Positions 19,371-28,639 of a stretch of 31,036 nucleotides of DNA are shown here, one piece after another. The position numbers were made by a program, and so were the translations under genes. Source of the stretch: Candidatus Tenderia sp. (lineage in GTDB: Bacteria; Pseudomonadota; Gammaproteobacteria; Tenderiales; Tenderiaceae). The notes under the pieces were generated by a model, which saw only the letters and a list, made by a program, of their open reading frames with translations, made no database searches and was not told where the DNA came from. Numbering within the stretch: position 1 is the first letter of the stretch; the number at the start of each line of letters is the position of its first letter. The stretch spans positions 1 through 31,036 of the forward strand of contig JANOSY010000042.1 of the NCBI GenBank assembly GCA_031416075.1, in the 5' to 3' direction.

Positions 19371-20509
19371 CCCGCTACCGTCAGAAACACTATCTGCCTT
19401 GGGTCGACCGCCGTAAGCAGGGCGCGCTCTTTACACGGGGCATGCACTTGGATTGGCCACTGCTGGCGGGCCTGTTGCTGTTGGCCGCCATTGGTCTGGT
19501 GGTGCTCTATAGCGCCAGCGGCCAGGATCTGGAACATATCTGGCGACAGATAATCCGCCTTGGACTCGCCTTTGGTGTCATGGTGGGGGTAGCCCACATT
19601 CCACCACACCAGCTTGAGCGCTGGACCCCTTGGCTGTTTGGTGCCGGCATAATAATGTTGCTGGCGGTGGAGATAGTTGGTGATATCAGCAAAGGGGCGC
19701 AACGCTGGCTCGATCTGGGATTTATCCGCTTTCAACCCTCGGAAATCATGAAGGTCGCGGTGCCCATGATGGTCGCCTGGTACCTGGCCGAAGCCCGCCT
19801 GCCACCATCACTCAAGGCCATCGGCGTCGCCGCCGCGCTCGTTTTTGTGCCCGTTGGCCTGATCGCCCTGCAGCCCGATCTCGGTACCGCCCTGCTTGTC
19901 TGCGCTGCTGGGGTATTTGTCGTCCTGCTCTCGGGCATCTCCTGGCGCTTTATTGGTGCCACCGCCCTGCTCGGCGCCTGCGCCGCACCCCTCATGTGGT
20001 TTTTTGGCATGCATGACTACCAGCGCCAGCGGGTACTCACCTTCATCGACCCCGAGACCGACCCCCTCGGCACCGGCTACCACATCATTCAGTCCATGAT
20101 CGCCATCGGCTCCGGCGGCCTCTACGGCAAGGGGTGGCTTAACGGTACCCAGTCACAACTGGACTTTATTCCGGAGCGCTCCACCGACTTTATCTTTGCC
20201 GTCTTTGCCGAAGAGTTTGGCCTTTTTGGCATAGTACTGCTGCTGGCGGTCTACCTCTTTATTGTCCTGCGTGGACTCTACATCGCCAACCAGGCTCAAA
20301 ACAGCTTCACCCGGCTGCTGGCGGGCAGTCTGACAATCACCTTTTTTGTCTATCTGGCCGTCAACATCGGCATGGTCTCAGGGCTGCTGCCGGTTGTGGG
20401 TGTCCCCCTGCCACTCATCAGCTACGGCGGCACCTCCATGATCACACTCATGACCGGTTTTGGCATCCTGATGTCGATACAGACACACCGCAAACTGGTC
20501 ACTACCTAA
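19367..20509 (+). CDS. rodA: SEDS peptidoglycan glycosyltransferase RodA
   Basis: GAQRWLDLG..RFQPSE, QPDLGTA, GYHIIQSMIAIGSGG, PERSTDFIF and PLISYGGTS. Confidence 0.96.
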   Translation: MTRYRQKHYLPWVDRRKQGALFTRGMHLDWPLLAGLLLLAAIGLVVLYSASGQDLEHIWRQIIRLGLAFGVMVGVAHIPPHQLERWTPWLFGAGIIMLLAVEIVGDISKGAQRWLDLGFIRFQPSEIMKVAVPMMVAWYLAEARLPPSLKAIGVAAALVFVPVGLIALQPDLGTALLVCAAGVFVVLLSGISWRFIGATALLGACAAPLMWFFGMHDYQRQRVLTFIDPETDPLGTGYHIIQSMIAIGSGGLYGKGWLNGTQSQLDFIPERSTDFIFAVFAEEFGLFGIVLLLAVYLFIVLRGLYIANQAQNSFTRLLAGSLTITFFVYLAVNIGMVSGLLPVVGVPLPLISYGGTSMITLMTGFGILMSIQTHRKLVTT

Positions 20510-20529
20510 TGCACCAAGGTCACACATCC

Positions 20530-21426
20530 ATGAATAGATCAATATTAACAATCCGTTGTGCCATCACACTACTGGCCACCCTGCTACTGCTAGCCGGGTG
20601 CAGCGGTCCCCCCATCAAACCCACCATAAAACCCGGTGTCGTGGCACCCGCCACCCCCGCTGAGCCTGCCGCCGCCCCCACCATAACGGGTGAGCCTAGC
20701 GATGGTGCACCCAGCACACAGGTGGACATCAATACCATCCCTAACGCTGTGCCGCGCCCTGAACCCTATAGCAAATATGGCAATCCCAGCACCTATGAAG
20801 TCTATGGCCAGCGTTACACCCCCCTCAAAAGCAGCAAAGGGCACGTCGAACGTGGCACCGCCTCCTGGTATGGCACCAAGTTCCACGGTCGTCGCACCTC
20901 CAGCGGCGAACCCTACAACCTCTACGACATGACTGCCGCCCACAAAACGCTGCCATTGCCCACCTATGCTCAGGTGACCAATCTCGACAATGGCCGCTCA
21001 ATCGTCGTCAAGATCAATGACCGCGGCCCGTTTCATAAAGGCCGCATCATCGACCTCTCCTATGCCGCCGCCATGAAACTCGACATCATGAAAACCGGTA
21101 CGGGCCGGGTTGAAGTGCGGACCATCGACCCCTACGCCCCATCGACACATCTCGCCAGCCCCAGCAAAACTGAGCCCACCACACTGGCCAGCACCCCCGG
21201 ACGGTTCCTTCAGGCCGGTGCCTTTGGCGTCTATGACAATGCGGAAAATCTACGCAACCGCCTCAGCAGCCTGACGGCCAACCCGGTGGTGATCAACAAA
21301 AATGACCAGACCCCACCCATCTACCGGGTCCTGATCGGCCCGCTCAACAGTGACCAGGAGGCCCGGCAGCTAGCGGATCAACTGACCGGGATCGGCGTCA
21401 CCGAGACCAAACTAGTGGCGAATTAA
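20530..21426 (+). CDS. rlpA: Septal ring lytic transglycosylase RlpA lipoprotein
   Basis: Lipobox LAGC, DPBB domain (ASWYG..FHG, MTAAHKTLPLP, INDRGPF, RIIDLSYAAA) and C-terminal SPOR (LQAGAF). Alternative start 20509 overlaps the rodA stop. Confidence 0.94.
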   Translation: MNRSILTIRCAITLLATLLLLAGCSGPPIKPTIKPGVVAPATPAEPAAAPTITGEPSDGAPSTQVDINTIPNAVPRPEPYSKYGNPSTYEVYGQRYTPLKSSKGHVERGTASWYGTKFHGRRTSSGEPYNLYDMTAAHKTLPLPTYAQVTNLDNGRSIVVKINDRGPFHKGRIIDLSYAAAMKLDIMKTGTGRVEVRTIDPYAPSTHLASPSKTEPTTLASTPGRFLQAGAFGVYDNAENLRNRLSSLTANPVVINKNDQTPPIYRVLIGPLNSDQEARQLADQLTGIGVTETKLVAN

Positions 21427-21558
21427 TCATCGCCATTACAGCAATCACCTACATTTCCCGGAACAATCCCGCTAAAATGGCGTCTCACCCTGGCTAATAA
21501 CCCCACAACCAGAATGTAAACCACCCTTTTAACCTTCCCCGGAATCCCCAGCAGAGAC

Positions 21559-22728
21559 ATGATTACAACAAAACCTGATTTACGCCGCACCCTGACAACC
21601 CTCTGTCTTGCCGCCACAGCACTGATCGCTGCACTCAGCAATAGCGCTACACAGGCCAGCAGTGTCACACCACCACCGTCAGTTGAAGCCCGTAGTTATA
21701 TCCTCATGGACTACAACAGCGGCAAAATAGTGGCCGCTGATAAGGCCGACGCCCGCATGGAACCCGCCAGCCTAACCAAAACCTTGGCGGTCTACGTCAT
21801 CCTGCAGGAGTTAAAGGCCGGCAAACTACAGCTGAATGACGCCGTCCGCATTAGCGAAAAGGCGTGGCGCATGGAAGGATCCCGCACCTTTATTGAGGTA
21901 GGCAACACAGTGCCGCTCGAAATACTCCTCAAAGGATTAATTGTGCAATCGGGTAACGACGCCACTGTCGCCCTGGCCGAACACGCCGCCGGCAGTGAAG
22001 AGGTATTTGTCAGCGTCATGAACCAGACCGCCAAAACCCTGGGCATGAACGGCACCCACTTTGTGAACAGTACTGGTCTGCCCGACCCCAACCACTACAC
22101 CACCGCCCACGACATGGCGCTGCTGACCCAGGCGCTGATCCGCGACTACCCAGAGCACTACTCCTGGTACTCCATTAAAGAGTTCAGTTACAACGGCATC
22201 ACCCAGCACAACCGTAACAAACTGTTATGGATGGATAAAAGTGTGGATGGCCTGAAAACCGGCCACACCGAGAGTGCCGGCTACTGCCTGATCTCCTCTG
22301 CCAAACAGGAGAACATGCGCCTGATCGCCGTGGTGATGGGTACCAGCAGTGAAAACGCCCGTGCCGCTGAGAGCCTGAAGCTGCTGAGATACGGCTTTCG
22401 TTTTTTTGAAACACACCGCCTCTACGCCCCGCAAAAACCACTGAGTAGCGCCCGTGTCTGGAAGGGTGAGACCGAACAGCTACCACTGGGACTGGCCCAG
22501 GAGCTCTACCTCACCATCCCCCGTGGCCAGTACAGCAGCCTCAAGGCCTCCATGCGCGTCAGCAGCAAAATCATGGCACCGGTCGCCAAAGGGGCCAGAC
22601 ATGGCACCCTCGAAGTGAGCCTCAACGGTGAAAAGATTGCCGAACGCCCCCTGGTAGCGTTACAGGCAGTCCCTGAAGGGGGGCTCTTTTCACGCCTGAT
22701 TGACGACGTCAAACTGCTGCTCGAATAA
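21559..22728 (+). CDS. dacA: D-alanyl-D-alanine carboxypeptidase (PBP5/6)
   Basis: Signal peptide, PASLTK, SGNDA, KTGHT, PBP5 C-terminal domain and amphipathic tail. Confidence 0.93.
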   Translation: MITTKPDLRRTLTTLCLAATALIAALSNSATQASSVTPPPSVEARSYILMDYNSGKIVAADKADARMEPASLTKTLAVYVILQELKAGKLQLNDAVRISEKAWRMEGSRTFIEVGNTVPLEILLKGLIVQSGNDATVALAEHAAGSEEVFVSVMNQTAKTLGMNGTHFVNSTGLPDPNHYTTAHDMALLTQALIRDYPEHYSWYSIKEFSYNGITQHNRNKLLWMDKSVDGLKTGHTESAGYCLISSAKQENMRLIAVVMGTSSENARAAESLKLLRYGFRFFETHRLYAPQKPLSSARVWKGETEQLPLGLAQELYLTIPRGQYSSLKASMRVSSKIMAPVAKGARHGTLEVSLNGEKIAERPLVALQAVPEGGLFSRLIDDVKLLLE

Positions 22729-22729
22729 G

Positions 22730-23602
22730 ATGAGTTCCAGCACCGTCTATCTCAATGGCCGCTTCCTCCCTCAGGAACAGGCCTTTGTTTCGGTGCTGGA
22801 TCGTGGTTTTGTCTTTGGTGATGGTGTCTATGAGGTGGTCCCCGTCTACGGTGGGCGACTCTTCCGCTTCGATGAGCACATGCAGCGGCTCAACAACAGC
22901 CTTGCCGCCATCCGCCTCGACAACCCGCTGGAAAAAACAGCGTGGCACACCCTGCTCAGCACCCTGGTCAGCAAAAACGGCGGCGGCGAACAGTCGCTCT
23001 ACCTGCAGCTGACACGAGGTGTCGCGCCACGGGACCACCCCTTTCCAACCAATACAGCGCCGACACTCTTTGCCAGCAGCAGCCCGCTGATTCCGGTGGA
23101 TTCCGCACTGCTGGCCAGAGAGGCCAGTGCCATTACCCTGGAAGATACCCGCTGGAAACATTGCAACATCAAAACCATCTCCCTGCTGCCCAACATATTG
23201 CTGCGACAACAGGCGCTGGATGCCAACGCCCAGGAGGCGATCCTGATCCACGACGGTCTGGTCACCGAGGGGAGCGCCAGCAACCTCTTCATCGTCAGCC
23301 ATGGCATTATCAAAACACCGCCTAACGGCCCCTATCTACTGCCCGGCATCACCCGTGACCTGCTGCTGGAGCTGGCCGCTGCCAACCACATCGCCTGCCA
23401 GGAGTGCAACATCAATCGCCATGAGCTGTTACACGCCGACGAAGTCTGGATCGCCAGCTCAACCCGCGAGCTGCTGGCCATCACCCACATCGATGGCCAA
23501 CCCATCGGCAGTGGCCACGCAGGCCCCGTCTGGCAGACAATGAACCAACTTTACCAGCGCTACAAACAGGCACTCATCGCCGGAGAGGTAGAACAGCCAT
23601 GA
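22730..23602 (+). CDS. dat: D-amino acid aminotransferase (class IV PLP enzyme)
   Basis: DRGFVFGDGVYE, YLQLTRG, PLP lysine IKTISLL, EGSASN and LPGITR. ATG at 22730. Confidence 0.85.
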   Translation: MSSSTVYLNGRFLPQEQAFVSVLDRGFVFGDGVYEVVPVYGGRLFRFDEHMQRLNNSLAAIRLDNPLEKTAWHTLLSTLVSKNGGGEQSLYLQLTRGVAPRDHPFPTNTAPTLFASSSPLIPVDSALLAREASAITLEDTRWKHCNIKTISLLPNILLRQQALDANAQEAILIHDGLVTEGSASNLFIVSHGIIKTPPNGPYLLPGITRDLLLELAAANHIACQECNINRHELLHADEVWIASSTRELLAITHIDGQPIGSGHAGPVWQTMNQLYQRYKQALIAGEVEQP

Positions 23603-23871
23603 CCCAGGAACGACTCGACACATTGATGGAGTTCCCCTGCTCCTTTGCCATCAAGGCCATGGGGCTGGCAGCCGATGATTTTGATGGGCTGGTCGTCACC
23701 ATCGTCCGCCAATATGTCCCCAACCTGAGCGAAGCTGCCGTACGTTCCAAACCCAGCGCAGCGGGTAAATACCTCTCCGTCACCATCGCCTTTGAGGCCG
23801 ACAGCCGCGCCCAGCTCGATGACATCTACCGTGCACTCAGTGCCGAAAAACGTATCCTGATGGCACTCTGA
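23599..23871 (+). CDS. ybeD: YbeD/DUF493 family protein
   Basis: MEFPC.F.IKAMG, S..GKYLSVT and QLDDIYRAL; located between dac/dat and lipB. Confidence 0.9.
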   Translation: MTQERLDTLMEFPCSFAIKAMGLAADDFDGLVVTIVRQYVPNLSEAAVRSKPSAAGKYLSVTIAFEADSRAQLDDIYRALSAEKRILMAL

Positions 23872-23873
23872 CC

Positions 23874-24518
23874 ATGCTCGACTCAACCCTGTTGATCCGC
23901 CAGCTGGGGCGGCGCGACTATGAACCGGTATGGCGTGAAATGCAGCATTTTACCGACCTGCGCGATGAACAGAGCAGCGACGAGCTCTGGCTGGTGGAGC
24001 ATCCCCCCGTCTTCACCCTTGGACTCAACGGCAAACCGGAGCACATCCTCGCCGCCGGTGAGATCCCGGTAATCACCATTGATCGTGGTGGCCAGGTGAC
24101 CTACCACGGCCCCGGCCAACAGGTTGTCTATCTATTAATAGATCTGCGACGCAACAAACTGGGCATTCGTGCGCTGGTGGAAAAGATCGAACAGGCCCTC
24201 ATCCGTCTGCTCGCCGACTACCAGATCAGCGCCCACGGCCGCCGCGACGCCCCCGGCGTCTATGTAGGCGAGCGCAAAATCGCCGCCCTCGGCCTTCGGG
24301 TCCGCCGCCACTGCACCTACCATGGCCTGGCACTCAACGTCGATATGGCACTTGAACCGTTCACCCGTATCAACCCCTGCGGCTACCCCGGCATGGTCGT
24401 CACCCAGCTTGCCGATCTGGTTGATCAGACTCACCGTCCAACCCTCGCTCACATTGCGCCCAGCCTGTGCCGCTATCTGGCAGAAGCGCTAGGCTATAAA
24501 GGAACCACACAGCCATGA
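23874..24518 (+). CDS. lipB: Octanoyltransferase LipB
   Basis: [40 protein letters not shown] and INPCG. Confidence 0.97.
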   Translation: MLDSTLLIRQLGRRDYEPVWREMQHFTDLRDEQSSDELWLVEHPPVFTLGLNGKPEHILAAGEIPVITIDRGGQVTYHGPGQQVVYLLIDLRRNKLGIRALVEKIEQALIRLLADYQISAHGRRDAPGVYVGERKIAALGLRVRRHCTYHGLALNVDMALEPFTRINPCGYPGMVVTQLADLVDQTHRPTLAHIAPSLCRYLAEALGYKGTTQP

Positions 24519-25483
24519 CTGATAAAACCTTGGAACAGCAACGGATTGAGGGCTTTGCGCCACTCAAGGGGCAATCCAAAACCGCCCGCATCCCGATCAA
24601 GGTTGTGCCCAAGGCCGTGCCGCTCAAAAAGCCAAGCTGGATACGGGCCAAGGCCCCCACGGGTGGCGCGGTCAACCGCCTCAAGCGGGTACTGCGTGAA
24701 CAGAAACTGCACACCGTCTGTGAAGAGGCGCAATGCCCCAATCTGGGTGAATGTTTCAGCCACGGCACCGCCACCTTCATGATCATGGGTGGCATCTGTA
24801 CCCGTCGCTGCCCCTTTTGCGACGTTGCCCACGGCAAACCCCTGGCGCTCGATACCGAAGAGCCGCAACACCTCGCCGAGACCATCCGCGCCATGCAGCT
24901 CAAATACGTAGTCATCACCTCCGTCGATCGTGACGACCTGCGTGACGGCGGTGCCAGCCACTTTGCCAGCTGCATCACCGCCGTGAGAGAGCACTCCCCC
25001 AGCACCAAAATTGAAGTACTGGTCCCCGACTTTCGGGGCCGCATGGATATCGCCCTTGACACCCTACAGGCCACACCCCCCGACGTTTTCAACCACAATA
25101 TGGAGACCATCCCCCGGCTCTACAAACAGGCGCGGCCCGGCGCTGACTACCAGTGGTCACTCACATTGCTAAAACGTTTTAAGGCGGCACATCCGGCGGT
25201 CCCGACAAAATCGGGGCTGATGTTGGGGCTGGGCGAAACGGACGAGGAGATTTTAGAGGTGATGCGCGACTTGCGCGCCCACGATGTCAACATGTTAACC
25301 CTGGGGCAGTACCTGCAACCGAGCCTGCACCACTTACCGGTAGAACGTTATGTGACACCCGCCATGTTTGACGAATTGGCCATCCAGGCCAGGGCCATGG
25401 GATTTGATAATGTCGCCAGTGGTCCGATGGTACGCTCCTCTTACCATGCTGACCTGCAGGCGGCAGGTGAAGCGGTTTCGTAA
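24515..25483 (+). CDS. lipA: Lipoyl synthase LipA
   Basis: [12 protein letters not shown], radical-SAM [21 protein letters not shown] and C-terminal RSSY. Confidence 0.98.
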   Translation: MTDKTLEQQRIEGFAPLKGQSKTARIPIKVVPKAVPLKKPSWIRAKAPTGGAVNRLKRVLREQKLHTVCEEAQCPNLGECFSHGTATFMIMGGICTRRCPFCDVAHGKPLALDTEEPQHLAETIRAMQLKYVVITSVDRDDLRDGGASHFASCITAVREHSPSTKIEVLVPDFRGRMDIALDTLQATPPDVFNHNMETIPRLYKQARPGADYQWSLTLLKRFKAAHPAVPTKSGLMLGLGETDEEILEVMRDLRAHDVNMLTLGQYLQPSLHHLPVERYVTPAMFDELAIQARAMGFDNVASGPMVRSSYHADLQAAGEAVS

Positions 25484-25503
25484 AATCAACACCTCCAGAA
25501 ACA

Positions 25504-25538
25504 GTAAACCCCGCCACTGCAGCAGTGGCGGGGTTTAC
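25504..25538. terminator. Probable bidirectional intrinsic terminator
   Basis: Perfect inverted repeat gtaaaccccgccactgc-a-gcagtggcggggtttac between convergent genes. Confidence 0.8.
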
Positions 25539-25569
25539 ACATCACGTGTTGACATCCGTTAACTCACTC

Positions 25570-25695
25570 TCATAAATGTTTTTTATGGAAACCGCCGTGC
25601 ATCGCTATGCTCTCATCCTGCATGGTAGCGGCGACGGCAATCGCCACCGGTATTAAACACGCCGCCAGAATCACCCAAAAGCTTGTAATTTCCAT
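25570..25695 (-). CDS. Small (41 aa) single-pass membrane protein, absent from the ORF track
   Basis: AAGGAG SD before ATG 25695. Translation MEITSFWVILAACLIPVAIAVAATMQDESIAMHGGFHKKHL*. Ends about 30 nt before the terminator. Confidence 0.7.
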   Translation of the reverse strand: MEITSFWVILAACLIPVAIAVAATMQDESIAMHGGFHKKHL

Positions 25696-25851
25696 GATGT
25701 GTCTCCTTTACGTTAACCAGATACGGGTACCCCGCATCTTTGAAGTTAGACAGTAAAAAAGGAGATTGTTGTGATGGAGTTCGCAGAAACAGTCCACCCC
25801 TCTACCAAAAGCATAGCCAATTACAGCGATGCAATAAGGGGGGAGGATAAC

Positions 25852-26514
25852 TTAACGTACACGCCTCCAGGTACGACGTTTCATCAGGTACAGCAGTATT
25901 GTCAAAACAATAAGATAAACAATCACATAAACACCCATTTCACGACGTTCGTCGGCACTGGGGTCTGCTGCCCACATTAAAAATGACACGGCATCCCGAA
26001 TCTGCGCCTCAACTTGGGCACGTTCAACGCTACCCTCGGTAGTCAGGCTATAACCGAGCATGTCCGGCATTTTAACTCCAGGGAAAAGGTAGTTATTGGT
26101 ACGCCCAGTCTCATCAATATAGAAGCTGGTCAGCAGGGTATAGATATATTGCGGCCCACGTTTTCGGGCCACCACCATCAACGACAGGTCGGGTGGCTCT
26201 TTACCAAACGACTCCTTACGCACCGCTAGCGGCGTCAGACTCAGCAGGGGGTCTGCAAACTGTTGATCCGTCAACAGTGACTGAATCTTTTCAGGGGTCA
26301 TGCCAATATCCGCCAGATCACCAAACTTCACATATTTGAGGCTATGGCACATCAGGCAGACACCCACCACCGTCTCTGCGCCGCGCTGGCGGGCCGTGAT
26401 GGTTGTATCAAAATCGACCTTTTTCAACGCAATCCCATCATTATCAGCCACGGCGGAATGGCTATTCAATATCACCATCACCACTGCCAACCAGACCCAC
26501 AGACGCACCATCAC
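25852..26514 (-). CDS. petC: Cytochrome c1
   Basis: Signal peptide, CLMCH haem motif, PPDLSL, distal Met in KMP and C-terminal TM anchor; overlaps the petB stop. Confidence 0.92.
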   Translation of the reverse strand: MMVRLWVWLAVVMVILNSHSAVADNDGIALKKVDFDTTITARQRGAETVVGVCLMCHSLKYVKFGDLADIGMTPEKIQSLLTDQQFADPLLSLTPLAVRKESFGKEPPDLSLMVVARKRGPQYIYTLLTSFYIDETGRTNNYLFPGVKMPDMLGYSLTTEGSVERAQVEAQIRDAVSFLMWAADPSADERREMGVYVIVYLIVLTILLYLMKRRTWRRVR

Positions 26515-27809
26515 TTATGCCCCCGCAGATGGCTACGTTTACGCTTCGCAGGCATATTGTCACCTTCGCGGCGCTGATTGTGCTGACTACGCAGCAGCTC
26601 CTCCTGCTCCTCGCGGATCAGGCGTTCAGCCGCACTTGGCAACCCCGCCCGACGGGAGCGGCGATCCTCACCGCTGGAGACAATGGGCAGCAACAGGAAC
26701 AACCCAAAGTAAACAAAGGTTGCTGCCTGACCAACCACCATAGAGACCCCTTCAGGGGGCTGGGCACCGACATACCCCAAGACCAGTACATCGATAAAAA
26801 AGAGGTAGACCAGTATGCGATAACCAGGGCGATACAGGGCACCGCCCGGCACGCTGGAACGATCCAGCCACGGCAGGGCGGCAAAGACCAGCAGCGACAT
26901 GATCATGGCAATCACCCCACCCAAGGCGTCCGGGATAGAGCGCAAGATGGTGTAAAAGGGTAGAAAATACCATTCAGGCACAATGTGTTGGGGGGTATGG
27001 AGTGGGTCCGCCGGGATATTGTTGGCGGACGCAATAAAAAACTCCGGGCCAAAAAAGACAACGCCACAAAATACAATCAGAAAGACCCCCAGACCAAACA
27101 GATCTTTGATCGTAAAGTAGGGGTGAAACGGTATATTGTCCCCCGCCGTCAGGGTAATGCCCGAGGGATTACTGCCCTTCACCCAGTGCAGTGCCACCAC
27201 ATGGATGACCACACCCGCAATAATGATAAATGGCAACAGGTAGTGCAGGGCAAAAAAGCGCGTCAGGGTGGCATCCCCCACCACATACCCACCACGCAGC
27301 CAGCGCACGATATCCTCACCATAAAACGGCGTGGTACCAAACAGTGAGGTGATCACCTGTGCCCCCCAATAAGAGGTCTGCCCCCACGGCAACAGGTACC
27401 CCATAAAGGCGGTTGTCATCACCAACAACAACAGAATAAGACCCGTCCACCACATCAACTCTCGCGGCCGACGGTAAGAGCCGTAATAAAGTGTGCGCGC
27501 AATATGGATAAAGATCACCGCAAAAAAAGCCGACGCCCCCGTAGAGTGTAGGTAACGGATCAGCCAGCCATAATTAACATTGCGCATGATGTGCTGAACG
27601 GAGTCGAACGCCAGCAGTGCGTCAGGTTTATAGTGCATGGCCAGAAAGATACCGCTCACCAGCTGCACGCCCAGTATGAATATGGCGAGAAAGCCAAAAC
27701 TCCACCAATAGGTAAGATTTTTAGGGACCGGGTATTCCGTCAACTCATGTTTGACGATCACCGTCAGCGGGAAACGTTCATCAATCCAGCCCAGTGTCTT
27801 TTTAAACAT
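26511..27809 (-). CDS. petB: Cytochrome b of the bc1 complex, with a charged C-terminal extension
   Basis: Haem-ligating His pairs (YLHSTGAS...IHIAR; ALHYLLP...IHVV), GYLLPWGQ.SYWG and PEWY. Confidence 0.96.
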   Translation of the reverse strand: MFKKTLGWIDERFPLTVIVKHELTEYPVPKNLTYWWSFGFLAIFILGVQLVSGIFLAMHYKPDALLAFDSVQHIMRNVNYGWLIRYLHSTGASAFFAVIFIHIARTLYYGSYRRPRELMWWTGLILLLLVMTTAFMGYLLPWGQTSYWGAQVITSLFGTTPFYGEDIVRWLRGGYVVGDATLTRFFALHYLLPFIIIAGVVIHVVALHWVKGSNPSGITLTAGDNIPFHPYFTIKDLFGLGVFLIVFCGVVFFGPEFFIASANNIPADPLHTPQHIVPEWYFLPFYTILRSIPDALGGVIAMIMSLLVFAALPWLDRSSVPGGALYRPGYRILVYLFFIDVLVLGYVGAQPPEGVSMVVGQAATFVYFGLFLLLPIVSSGEDRRSRRAGLPSAAERLIREEQEELLRSQHNQRREGDNMPAKRKRSHLRGHK

Positions 27810-27816
27810 AGCGCCC

Positions 27817-28326
27817 TCAGGCCTCGCCGATGATTAGGGTGTTATCACCAGCAAACTCATAGTGGGGCACAATCAGGTTTTTGGGCGCAGGACCCCGCAC
27901 AACCCGGCCACTGTTGTCATACATGCTGCCATGGCAGGGGCAGCTCCACCCCTCATGGGTACGGTTGGGCACGCACCCCAGGTGTGTACAGATGCCCACC
28001 ACCACCAGCCACTGCGGCTGCTGCACCCGCGCTGCATCGGTCTGCCGGTCGAGCTGACTCTCTTTAGCAGCCATCTCGGCAATCTGCTCATCGGTACGGT
28101 GCACCACAAACACCGGTTTGCCCTGCCACTCCACCGTATGGGTTTTGCCCTTGGGAATGGAGCCAAGATCAACCTTGGCCGTGGCCTCAAACTTCACCTC
28201 TTTACTGGGATTCATGCTGCTGATAAAGGGCCAGCAGGCCCCTGCCACCCCCACAGCCCCCACAACACCGGTCACCAAACCCAGAAAATCACGGCGATTG
28301 GGATCTGGCTGTTTTTCACTGGCCAT
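27817..28326 (-). CDS. petA: Rieske iron-sulfur subunit of the bc1 complex
   Basis: Tat anchor NRRDFL, CTHLGC, CPCHGS and GPAPKNL. GAGG SD. Confidence 0.96.
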   Translation of the reverse strand: MASEKQPDPNRRDFLGLVTGVVGAVGVAGACWPFISSMNPSKEVKFEATAKVDLGSIPKGKTHTVEWQGKPVFVVHRTDEQIAEMAAKESQLDRQTDAARVQQPQWLVVVGICTHLGCVPNRTHEGWSCPCHGSMYDNSGRVVRGPAPKNLIVPHYEFAGDNTLIIGEA

Positions 28327-28639
28327 CACATCACCTCAATATATTTTTATTTTATTTTTAAGGAGTTACTCACACTAACAAGCAGTATATAGCGTTATTT
28401 TGTTACCGCGACAATGCTACGACATATACAGATGTCGATCCAGAAAAAAACCACCCACGCTAAATACTCATCCAGTTTTTTATAAATCCGCACCCTGCCG
28501 CAGTCCACCCTTTTTTTATGAGACCCACGTCACAGATTGAGCACCGCCCTCTCAATCCCACCCTCCCGCCATTCGATAGCCCCTAAGCAAGTAGGGACAC
28601 CTATCCCACAATTCACAACAATCGGAACAACAGCGCCAA

